From contig CAWJGT010000023.1 of the NCBI GenBank assembly GCA_963842525.1, positions 1 through 64,000 on the forward strand: a DNA stretch of 64,000 nt, written 5' to 3'. Under the pieces are notes generated by a model. That model saw only the letters and a list, made by a program, of their open reading frames with translations, was not told the origin of the DNA and did not search any database. This DNA is from an uncultured Holophagales bacterium. Its GTDB lineage: Bacteria > Acidobacteriota > Thermoanaerobaculia > Multivoradales > UBA5704. The translations under genes were made by a program, and so were the position numbers. Below, piece after piece: positions 1 to 8,340 of this stretch (the first letter of the stretch is position 1; each line of letters opens with the position of its first letter).

Positions 1-52
1 CCCCCCTCTCCCGGTCGGGGGGAGGGCGATGGGAGAGGGGGACAGGGGGTGA
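1..52. repeat. REP-like palindromic element (CCCCTCTCCC...GGGAGAGGGG family)
   Basis: CCCCCTCTCCC-N-GGGAGAGGGGG inverted repeat followed by GGGGGTGAGG; related copies at ~36.1, 40.9-41.1 and 51.6-51.8 kb. Confidence 0.75.
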
Positions 53-83
53 GGTTACAATGCCCCCGGGGAGGAAACACACC

Positions 84-1343
84 TTGGATCGCAACCAGCT
101 CCTGGACAGATACCGCCAGACTCGCGCGCTCAGCGTCGAGCTCTGCCGCCCGCTGCGGCCGGAGGACTACCGCATCCAGTCCATGCCGGACGTCAGCCCG
201 CCGTGGTGGAACCTCGGCCATACCACCTGGTTCTTCGCCAAGAACATCCTGGAGCCCTTCGGCCTCTACACGCGAGGAGCGACGCCCGGCTGGAGTTCGT
301 CCTCAACTCCTACTACGAGTCGCTGGGGCCGCGCATCCGCCGCGACCACCGCGGGCTCGTGACCCGGCCGACCAACGAGGAGGTCTTCCGTTTCCGCGAG
401 TCGGTCGACACGCGCGTCGAGGAGCTGATCCGCACCGCCCCGGACGCCGACCTCGAGCGCCTCGAGCTTCCTGGTCGTCACCGGCATCCAGCACGAGCAG
501 CAGCACCAGGAGCTGCTGGTCACCGAGGTCAAGCACATCCTCGGCTCGCAACGTCCCCGAGCTGCGCGAGCCCTACCGGGCGGCCGCGTCGAACGGCCAC
601 CGGCAGCATCCCCGGCCTCCAGTGGGTGCCCTTCGAGGGCGGCCTGCACGAGGTCGGCAACCTCGAGGGGGGCTGGTGCTGGGACAACGAGATGCCGGTC
701 CACAAAGCCTGGCTGGATGATTTCTCGCTGGCGAGCCGGCTGGTCACCAACGGCGAGTACCTGGAGTTCATCGAGGACGGCGGCTACCGCAACCCCCTCC
801 TCTGGCTCTCGAACGGCTGGGCCAAGGTCCAGGATCAGGGCTGGACCGCGCCGCTCTACTGGGAGCTGGGGGAAGACGGATGGAGGATCTGGACCCTCGC
901 CGGAGACCGCGACCTCGACCTGGACGAGCCGGTCTGCCACGTCAGCTTCTACGAGGCCGACGCCTACGCCCGCTGGAAGGGCGCGCGCCTCCCCACCGAG
1001 CGCGAATGGGAGCACGCCGCCCGCCTGGCCGGCTTTCCGGGAGGGGGCAACTTCCTGGACAGCGGCCTCCTCCATCCAGCCCCGGCCGAAGGCACGGAAC
1101 GGAGCGCTCCTCCAGATGGGGGGCGACCTCTGGGAGTGGACCTCGAGCCACTACGAGCCCTACCCCGGCTACAAGCCGTTCGAGGGTCCCCTGATGGAGT
1201 ACAACGGCAAATTCATGGACAACGTCCGAGTCCTGCGCGGCGGCTCCTGCGCCACCCCCGCGAACCACATCCGCGCGAGCTACCGCAACTTCTGGGCGCC
1301 GGATACGCGGTTTCAGTTCACGGGGATCCGGCTGGCGCGGTAG
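84..1343 (+). CDS. egtB: Ergothioneine biosynthesis sulfoxide synthase EgtB-like (DinB + FGE-sulfatase), frameshifted in this sequence
   Basis: Pieces in three frames: [39 protein letters not shown] (iron-binding His motif), [43 protein letters not shown]; TTG start after GGAGG. Confidence 0.8.
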
Positions 1344-1362
1344 AGCTTCGGTCTCGCGTAGC

Positions 1363-1665
1363 ATGGACATTGCGACCATCAAAGCAAAGGTCCATTCGGA
1401 CGACTACGTCTACACAGCTCACGCCGACCTCGAGCGCAAGGCTGAGGATCTGACACTTGCTGAAATCGAGAGGGCTCTCCTCGCGGGGTCGATCCTTGAG
1501 ACCTACCCGGATACCGGGCGGGGAGAAAGTTGTCTTATCCTAGGGTTCTGTGGAGATCGCCCCTTCCATGTCGTCTGTGGCTGGCGTGGGGCCAAGGTAG
1601 CAATCATTACGGTCTACATTCCGGGGCCTCCCAAGTTCCTGGACCCCTGGACACGGGCGAGGTAA
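1363..1665 (+). CDS. DUF4258 family putative toxin
   Basis: YTAHADLER, ILETYPDTGRGESCLILG, HVVCG, IITVYIP..W pattern; paired with a Zn-finger gene. Confidence 0.8.
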   Translation: MDIATIKAKVHSDDYVYTAHADLERKAEDLTLAEIERALLAGSILETYPDTGRGESCLILGFCGDRPFHVVCGWRGAKVAIITVYIPGPPKFLDPWTRAR

Positions 1666-1668
1666 GTC

Positions 1669-1911
1669 ATGGCAAAGAAATGCCCGATCTGCGGAGCAGA
1701 CAAGGCGGAGACGAGGAAGGTCGACTATCTCTACAGCCACCGTGGCCGCTATCTCCTTGTCCCCAACACGCCCGTCGAAATCTGCCTGAGCTGCGGCACG
1801 GCGTTCTACGAGGCCAAGGTTCTCAAGGAGATCGAGCGGCGCTTCTTCGCCATCGAGAGTCAGGAGGAGCAGCCGGAGGGGTATCTCAAGATTCCCATGA
1901 TGGCTTACTGA
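1669..1911 (+). CDS. YgiT/MqsA-type zinc-finger putative antitoxin
   Basis: CPICG...PVEICLSCGTAFY, two CxxC motifs; 3 nt after the DUF4258 gene. Confidence 0.8.
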   Translation: MAKKCPICGADKAETRKVDYLYSHRGRYLLVPNTPVEICLSCGTAFYEAKVLKEIERRFFAIESQEEQPEGYLKIPMMAY

Positions 1912-2037
1912 TACTATAACATGGACGAGTTGCCTGTGGATGTCACTGCGAACTCCATGACTACCCGAGGGGGGGCAAGCCCCCCTCGGGGCTCCCCCCT
2001 CCAATCTGATAGTCCAGAGATTCAGAGGCCAGAGGGT

Positions 2038-3400
2038 TCAGAGTTCAGAGGAGAATGCGCTCCGCGTCCACTCCCAGACGTCGCCATGTCCGCACAGCCG
2101 TAGGGGGAATCTCCTCGGGGAGAAAACGAGCCTACGGGCGTCGTCGTTCCGCCGCGGGCACGCCCCCTGCGGAGAAGCCCCCGGCGAACAGGCTTCGAAC
2201 TCTCCGCCGTATTGGCGTGCCCCTCCCTCCATTCAGCTCCCCAGGGATAACGCCACCCGTCGGTTCCCCGCGCCGCCTTTTCCCACTCGGCCTCGCTGGG
2301 AAGGCCGAATCCGTTCCACCTTGCGTACTTCAAAGCATCATGCCAGCTCACCAAGACGACGGGGTGATTGGCGGCACTATTTCGCCTCACAAAATCCTTG
2401 TCCTCAATCTTGGAATCATTCGCCACCAGGAATTCCCAGAACACGCTCACGGTCACCGGATATCGGCCGATATAGAAAGTCGGCAGGTAGAGCGTGTGCT
2501 GCGGCCTCTCATTGTCAGAGCCTTCCCCTTCGGCGCTCCCCATCAGAAACTCGCCGGCCGGGACCTCGACGAAGCCGAGGTCCTCTGGCCGGCCGAGCTC
2601 ACACCAAGCCCAAGCCGCAGCCGCCTTGAGGGCCGGCTCCTTCTCCTCCTGCGCTGCTTTCAACGCTCGGAGCACCTCGGCATCGAGAGGCACCTTCAGG
2701 CCGGCCAGGGCTTGCAGCGCCCGGACCCGGACCTGCAGATCACCACCCAGGCGAAGGAGGAGAGCCGCCAATGGCCGCGCCTGCGATTCTCCCAGCTCCG
2801 GGAGGAGCTTCCAGGACCCGCTTCTGCCGCTGCGGATCGCGCCCGCACAGCTCCTCCCGCATCCATTCCCGGGCCGCCTCCAGGTCCGCCGCCATCAGCG
2901 CTCCGGCCAACCGCCGGAACGGACCCGCGGTCTCCTCCCGCGTCAGCCGGTCGAGCAGCCGGCGCCGGACTTCTGCGCGGAGGTCGGTTCCGAGCTGTAC
3001 ATCCTCGGCCAGGGTAAGCCCGGCCCTCTCCAGCTCCGCCGCGGACTCGCTCTCCTTGGAGAGGAACGCCCCGATCAGACGCTGCGCTCTGGTCGCGGGA
3101 GCGAGCCCGGCGGCGATCAGGATCACCTCGCGCCAGCGCTCCTCCCCCGCCCGTGCCAGCAGCAGATCGTCCAGCTCGTGCTCCACGACATAAGCTGCGG
3201 CCAGGAAATCGTGAAGCGCCCGGTGGGCGAAGCCGTACCACCCCAGGCGCTGCTCCTGCAGGAGGCCGGACCTCTGCCAGATCTGGCGGATCAGTGTCTC
3301 CGCCGTGATCGTGGCCTGGATGCGGGACAGCAGCGGCTCGATGACCGGGCGAAGTGTGGCTCTCATGGAATCCAGGAGATTCTACGGGATCAGCGGGCCG
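2038..3400 (-). pseudogene. Fragment of a NACHT/STAND-associated FGE-sulfatase domain protein
   Basis: Post-NACHT motifs RSGLLQEQ..YGFAHRALHDFLAA and WREVIL, then FGE motifs [50 protein letters not shown]; no NTPase N-terminus, C-terminal RGGS/GFR missing, frameshifts. Confidence 0.7.
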
Positions 3401-3472
3401 CCACCAACCCAGAGGTGACTCGGGGCACCTTGATCGTGCTATGGAACCCACCACGGCAATATTGAAACTATC

Positions 3473-3501
3473 TTGACATCATAGATGAATGGATGTACCT
3501 T
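3473..3501 (+). promoter_or_regulatory. sigma70-type promoter
   Basis: TTGACA-N17-TACCTT in an AT-rich patch upstream of the 3586 gene. Confidence 0.6.
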
Positions 3502-3585
3502 CTCCTCCGTTGCCGTAGTAACAGCACCCTCGGCGTCAATCTCGACGCCGGATTCTCCGAAACGGAGAGAAAGGAGTCCGTAGAG

Positions 3586-3963
3586 ATGGCACAAAGAAGT
3601 CGAAGCTACCCGACCGTCGTTACAGGGTTCGGCATGGTCTCCACAGGCCTGAGGGCCAATGTGGCGGATCTTCCACACTTGGAGGGTCACGGCACCCGCT
3701 TCGAAGTCCTCCTGGGTGACATCCACACGTTGAACGCCCAGCAGAGCGTTTTCACGGCGAGCAAGCAGGAGGTCTCCAAGAAGCTTCAGGCCGCTTTGCA
3801 GGAGGCGTCGACGCTGGCGGACTTCCTGCGGACTGGAATCCGGGAGCACTACGGGAAAGACAGCGAGAAGCTGGTCGAATTCGGCATGCAGCCGTTCCGC
3901 GGCCGGCCCCGGTCTCCGAAGCAGCCGCCGGACCCCACCCCCACTCCTGACAGCGTGCAGTAA
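3586..3963 (+). CDS. Conserved helical hypothetical protein (LPHLE...ASKQE...HYG.DSEKLVEFG.QPFRG family)
   Basis: AAGGAG RBS, ATG at 3586, amphipathic helical sequence with a Pro-rich tail. Confidence 0.7.
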   Translation: MAQRSRSYPTVVTGFGMVSTGLRANVADLPHLEGHGTRFEVLLGDIHTLNAQQSVFTASKQEVSKKLQAALQEASTLADFLRTGIREHYGKDSEKLVEFGMQPFRGRPRSPKQPPDPTPTPDSVQ

Positions 3964-4094
3964 CCCATCCATCCCGAGGGGGCGTGCTGCTTACGCGCCC
4001 CCTCCTCTTTCCGACAGCAAGCCCAGGACACCTGGCGGCGTACCTGAGAACGATGGCGCAACGCCTCTGCCACGGGCGGAGCGGCTCCGCCATC

Positions 4095-4366
4095 GTCTTT
4101 GGGCCAAAGATCGTCGGCAGTGAAGCTGTGGCTAAAGCCTCTGGGCCAGTGACAGTGGCGGAGAGCCAAAGACACGTGGCACTGCACCTCCGCCCACGGT
4201 CTTTGGGCCAAAGATCGTTGGCAGTGAAGCTATGGCTAAAGCCTCTGAGCCAGTGACAGTGGCGGAGAGCCAAAGACGCGTGGCACTGCACCTCCGCCAC
4301 GGTCTTTGGGCTAAAGATCCTTGGCAGTGAAGCTGCGGCTAAAGCCTCTGACCCTCCGCCAGTGAC
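4095..4366. repeat. ~104-bp tandem repeat, about 2.6 copies
   Basis: Unit GTCTTTGGGCCAAAGATCG..GGCAGTGAAGCT.TGGCTAAAGCCTCTG.GCCAGTGACAGTGGCGGAGAGCCAAAGAC.CGTGGCACTGCACCTCCGCC starting at 4095, 4199 and 4302. Confidence 0.9.
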
Positions 4367-4420
4367 GAAGAGGCTCCGCCATTGTTCGCGGCCAGCGTGC
4401 CAGATGCCTTCAGCGCCGGC

Positions 4421-4927
4421 TCACCACCCCGCCGTCCCCGGCTCACCCTTGAAGGGTCCGACCACGTCCCCGGTGATCCAGCCGCCGTAGAACCCTCCCG
4501 GCTGCGGTGTCACCTTCTCGCCGTCGACGTAGCAAGCCTCCATGAGATGAGGATAGAAGGCGATCCAGCCTTTCATCTCCTCGTAGATGCGGGTGGGGAG
4601 GGGATAGAACCACGCGGCGGCGGCGGCGCGGCGGCCGGCCACCTCGAGGTCGTAGTAGCGGGCGAGACCCTTCCACTCGCACCAGGAGCTGTCGGGGATC
4701 TCTTGCAGGTACCCCAGCCGGACGTCGTCCGGCGGGAAATAGTAGACAGGGGGGTGACTGGTCTCCAGGACGCGCTTGGCGCGGCGCGTCTCGGCGATGC
4801 GGACGCCGTTGAACCACACCTCGAGGTGCCGGGGCGTGTCTTCGACGCGCGGAGGACGCGGGTAGTCCCAGACGGATTCCTGGCCCGGACCGGGCTCGAT
4901 GGGCTCGACGTTCGGTTGGACGTTCAT
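4421..4927 (-). CDS. DUF427 family protein
   Basis: ESVWDYPRPP, RVLETSHPPVYYFP, SWCEWKG.A.YY, QPGGFYGGWIT, FKGEPGTAGW. Confidence 0.9.
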   Translation of the reverse strand: MNVQPNVEPIEPGPGQESVWDYPRPPRVEDTPRHLEVWFNGVRIAETRRAKRVLETSHPPVYYFPPDDVRLGYLQEIPDSSWCEWKGLARYYDLEVAGRRAAAAAWFYPLPTRIYEEMKGWIAFYPHLMEACYVDGEKVTPQPGGFYGGWITGDVVGPFKGEPGTAGW

Positions 4928-4958
4928 CGGGCGGCGATTCTAGAGGAGACGCCGCTTT

Positions 4959-5402
4959 TTACAAATCCTGAACCTGGGTCCGCACCTCGTCCTTGAGCGT
5001 CTTGACGGTCGTCGAGGCCACCTGTTTGCCCTTGTCGAGAGCCTCGCGGCCGGCTTCCTTCGCGTCGTCCAGCAGGCGGTCGCGGGTCTCTCCCAGCAAC
5101 TCGTCCTCCCGCCGGGTGGACGGGATGGCGAGACCCGCCAGAACACCGAGGGCGATGGCCGCAATGCCCACTCCCAGCGGGTTCTCGTCCATCTGCCGCC
5201 AGAAGCCGATCCGGGCCTGGCGGGCCTGGTCGCGCGCGCGGTCGACGGCCTGGGAGACCCGGCCGCCTTCGTCCTCTTGTGCCTGCCAGTCGGCGTTGTA
5301 GCTCTCGGGGGAGCTGCCCTGGACGCGTTCTTCGTTGTCTGACCGGCGCCGGGTCGAAGCGGGCCGGCCGGATCCCTTCACGGACGTCTTGGTTTGAGCC
5401 AT
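4959..5402 (-). CDS. DUF3618/ElaB-like tail-anchored stress protein
   Basis: ENPLGVGIAAIALGVLAGLAIPSTRREDELLGETRDRL; GGAGG RBS. Confidence 0.65.
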   Translation of the reverse strand: MAQTKTSVKGSGRPASTRRRSDNEERVQGSSPESYNADWQAQEDEGGRVSQAVDRARDQARQARIGFWRQMDENPLGVGIAAIALGVLAGLAIPSTRREDELLGETRDRLLDDAKEAGREALDKGKQVASTTVKTLKDEVRTQVQDL

Positions 5403-5413
5403 CTTTGTCCTCC

Positions 5414-5884
5414 TCAGGCCGTGCGACGCTCGGACGAGGCTTTGAGGAAGCGGGCCAGCAGCACGCCGGCCAGGAAGGCGCCACCCAGGAACAGCTCCGG
5501 ACGGCGGCGCGCCACGCTCTTGGTATCGTCAAGAAGTCCGTCGAGGTCGCGGTCGCGCAGGTAGGCCGAGAGGCGGTCCACCTGCTCGGCGGCGCGATCC
5601 ACATAGCGGCCCAGGCCAGCGCCGGCCTCCTCGTCCAGCCGCTGGCCGACATCGCGGAGTGTGCCGGCGAGGCTGCCCAGCCGCTGGGCCGCCTGCTCTT
5701 TACGCTCGCCGACGATGCCCTGGACCTGGTTGCGGACCTGCTCGCGGGCCTGGCCCGCCAATTTCGCCGTCTCGCGCTTGGCCCCCTCCATGAGGTTGTG
5801 GGCTTCCTGCTTCACCTTCCGGGTCACTTTCCGGCTCTCCCGGATGGGTAGGTTCGATTCGGGGTTGGAGCTTTGTTTCGCCAT
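5414..5884 (-). CDS. Hypothetical general-stress-type protein
   Basis: YLRDRDLDGLLDDTKSVARRRPELFLGGAFLAGVLLARFLKAS; AAGGAGG RBS. Confidence 0.7.
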   Translation of the reverse strand: MAKQSSNPESNLPIRESRKVTRKVKQEAHNLMEGAKRETAKLAGQAREQVRNQVQGIVGERKEQAAQRLGSLAGTLRDVGQRLDEEAGAGLGRYVDRAAEQVDRLSAYLRDRDLDGLLDDTKSVARRRPELFLGGAFLAGVLLARFLKASSERRTA

Positions 5885-5917
5885 CGTGGCCTCCTTTGCA
5901 GACACCGTCAGGCATCC

Positions 5918-5932
5918 GCAAGAGGTGTGCCA
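5918..5932 (-). promoter_or_regulatory. sigma54 -24/-12 promoter
   Basis: Minus strand TGGCACACCTCTTGC (TGGC-N7-TTGC), about 34 nt upstream of the 5884 start. Confidence 0.7.
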
Positions 5933-5968
5933 CGTTGGGCCAAGGGGCGGCTGGGTCGCCCCGCCTGG

Positions 5969-7855
5969 CTAATCGTCCCCGTGGTCCTGACCCCGTCCGG
6001 GGCCCATGATCCGCAGCTCGAGCAGCTCGTCGACGGAGAGGTTCTTGTGTCCCTGCCTCTCCATCTCATGGATGAAGTCCGCATTCACCCCGTGGATGCG
6101 CATGGCCACCAGCTCCTCCGGCTCCACATCGCGGTAGCCTGCTCCGGCGAGCTCGGCGAGGAATTCGGGCGTCACCCCGTGGATGCGGAATTCGACGAGG
6201 CGCTCTGCCGGCAGGTCGCGATACCCCGCCTCCACTATCTTCGCGACGAAGTCCGGGGTCACGCCATGGATGCGGTACTCGACAAGCCGGTCCGGCGACA
6301 GGTCGCGGAATCCAAGGCCCACGATCGCGCGGACGAAGTCCGGCGTCACGCCGTGGATGCGGAATTCGAGCAACCTCTCGAGCGGCAGGTTGTCGTAGCC
6401 GACCCCTTGCAGCTCGCGCACGAAGGCCGGCGAGACGTCGAAGATGCCGAGCTCCAGCAGGTCGTCGTTGTCGACCCGGTAGCCCAGCGCGGCCATCTCC
6501 GGCGCAAAGCTCGGGTTGGGAACGAACGTGAAGAGGCCGGCTCCCTGGGCACCAAGGCCGCTGCCGTCGAATTTCCCCTCGAAGCGGAAGGTGCCGGCGG
6601 CGCGGCGAAGCTCGAACCGGACGTCCGGGCCGGCGCCCAATCCGACGAGCTCGCCCTCACGGATCTCCAGCGAGCTGTTCATGTTTCCTTTGCTGTTGCG
6701 TACCCGGATCTGGAGATCCAGGCCGTCCTTCGTCCGTTCCGCGGTCCATCCTCCGGTGGCCTTCGAGCCGCGGGGCGGCAGCGGCGCGTCCTTGTCCTGA
6801 TGCTCCGCAGCCGGCTCGGCCGCACGCGCGGAGGCGACCCGCACCGACTGCACGGCCGCTCCGGACAGGAGGAGGGCCAGGACGACGGCGACGGCCAGCC
6901 CGGCTTTCGGGCGTGCCCCGGCCGGAGCCCCGACGATCCGGCGGATGCGGTGCAGCAGCGAGCCGCAGTTCGCGGCCATGGCGAGGTGTGGCGCAGGGAG
7001 CCTCAGCTCTTCCAGCGTGGCCAGTGCGCGGGCGTAGCGCAGGCGGTCGCCGCAGACCGCCAGGGCCAGGTCATCGCAGCAGTCCTCCCGCTCCAGACGC
7101 ATCTGGCGCGACACCCACCAGACGGCCGGATGGTAGAAGAACAGGGTCTCGACGACAGCTTGCAACAGGTTAACCAGGTAGTCGTGGCGCCGCACGTGCG
7201 CCAGCTCGTGAGCGAGGACGGCCTCCACCTGCTCCGGGGTCAGGCCGGAAAGGACGCTCGCCGGCACGAGGACCACCGGACGAAGCCAGCCGACGACGGA
7301 CGGCACAGCCACCGCCGTCGACTCCAGGAGCCCGACGGCCCTGCCGATCCCCAGGCGCTGCCGCAGATCGGCCAGCAGGGCCACCCAGCGCTCGGCCGCC
7401 GGACGGGTCCCGCGCCGGACCAGCCGCCGCACCGCGAGCCATCCTCCCAGGTGATAGAGGGAGAGGACCACGACGCCCGCGATCCAGAACGCGAGCAGGG
7501 CCGGCAAGAGCGGCTGGACCAGCGCGCGAAGATCGGTTTCAGGCGACTCCGCAGGAAGCACGGCCCGGAGAGCTTCGGGTACGGCCTCGCCGGCAAAGCG
7601 GACCGGCGCGGCAGCCCGGAGCACCGGCGCTCCGTCACCCAGGGAGGAGAGAACGGTCACGGCAGGCCAGGCCAGCATCGCGAGGAGGGCACCCGCCGCC
7701 AGGGCATAACGCAGCGAAGCGCTTCGACCGCGGAGGACGGCGAGCGCACCCGCCAGGACGAGGGCCACGGCGGTGCCCTGCCAGAGGAATTGCACGAGGG
7801 CCCACGCCAGGGCCTGGGCTCCAGGGGTCGACCAGAGCACATCGGTTCCGCTCAT
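5969..7855 (-). CDS. BlaR1/MecR1-like M56 metallopeptidase with C-terminal repeats
   Basis: TM segments, PSVVGWLRPVVLVP, HELAHVRRHD, FFYHPAVWW, EREDCCD; ~25-aa repeats containing FRIHGVTP. Confidence 0.9.
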   Translation of the reverse strand: MSGTDVLWSTPGAQALAWALVQFLWQGTAVALVLAGALAVLRGRSASLRYALAAGALLAMLAWPAVTVLSSLGDGAPVLRAAAPVRFAGEAVPEALRAVLPAESPETDLRALVQPLLPALLAFWIAGVVVLSLYHLGGWLAVRRLVRRGTRPAAERWVALLADLRQRLGIGRAVGLLESTAVAVPSVVGWLRPVVLVPASVLSGLTPEQVEAVLAHELAHVRRHDYLVNLLQAVVETLFFYHPAVWWVSRQMRLEREDCCDDLALAVCGDRLRYARALATLEELRLPAPHLAMAANCGSLLHRIRRIVGAPAGARPKAGLAVAVVLALLLSGAAVQSVRVASARAAEPAAEHQDKDAPLPPRGSKATGGWTAERTKDGLDLQIRVRNSKGNMNSSLEIREGELVGLGAGPDVRFELRRAAGTFRFEGKFDGSGLGAQGAGLFTFVPNPSFAPEMAALGYRVDNDDLLELGIFDVSPAFVRELQGVGYDNLPLERLLEFRIHGVTPDFVRAIVGLGFRDLSPDRLVEYRIHGVTPDFVAKIVEAGYRDLPAERLVEFRIHGVTPEFLAELAGAGYRDVEPEELVAMRIHGVNADFIHEMERQGHKNLSVDELLELRIMGPGRGQDHGDD

Positions 7856-8241
7856 CGCCTCTCTCCTTCGAGCTCATCCAGCATCTTCCGGATCTCGGAC
7901 AGCTCCTCGGCCGACGCCGGCCGGGAAGCCAGGGCGCGCATCACCAGGCGGCTCGCCGAGCCCCCGAAGGCGCGGTCGAGCAGGTCTCCCACGAGCTGGC
8001 CCTGGGTCTCCTCCTCGGGCAGGCGGGTCGTATAGACGTGCGCCCGCTGCGACTCGTCCCGGGTGACCAGCCCCTTCTCGGTCATGATCTGGAGCAGCTT
8101 CAGCACCGTGGTATAGACGGTCGGCGTGGCACTCGCCAGCCCTTCATGCACCTGCCGCACCGTCGAAGGACCGTTGCGCCAGAGCACCCGCAGGATGGCG
8201 AGCTCGGCGTCGGTCGGCCTGGGAAGAGTTCTCTGCGTCAT
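7852..8241 (-). CDS. BlaI/MecI/CopY family repressor
   Basis: PTDAELAILRVLW, YTTVLKLLQIMTEKGLV, FGGS..LVMRAL; ATGA overlap with the M56 gene. Confidence 0.93.
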   Translation of the reverse strand: MTQRTLPRPTDAELAILRVLWRNGPSTVRQVHEGLASATPTVYTTVLKLLQIMTEKGLVTRDESQRAHVYTTRLPEEETQGQLVGDLLDRAFGGSASRLVMRALASRPASAEELSEIRKMLDELEGERR

Positions 8242-8255
8242 GGTTCTGGTTCCTC

Positions 8256-8317
8256 TACGAAGCCGTCGAGGAAAAGATATACGAAGACCGTCGTAAGAGT
8301 CAACGAAGATCTTCGTG
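8256..8317. promoter_or_regulatory. Three BlaI-type operator dyads overlapping the promoter
   Basis: TACGAAGCCGTCGAG (8256), TACGAAGACCGTCGTA (8280), AACGAAGATCTTCGTG (8302); minus-strand TTGACT-N18-TATCTT. Confidence 0.65.
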
Positions 8318-8340
8318 GTGGTCCGCGGTCAACGGTCTGC

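Noticed and set aside
4095-4366. CRISPR array
   Set aside because: Under three units, whole-unit duplication, no spacer diversity.
4388-4402. sigma54 promoter pointing into the 104-bp repeats (TGGCACGCTGGCCGC, minus strand)
   Set aside because: The -12 element is CCGC rather than TTGC and no target gene follows; too weak to call.
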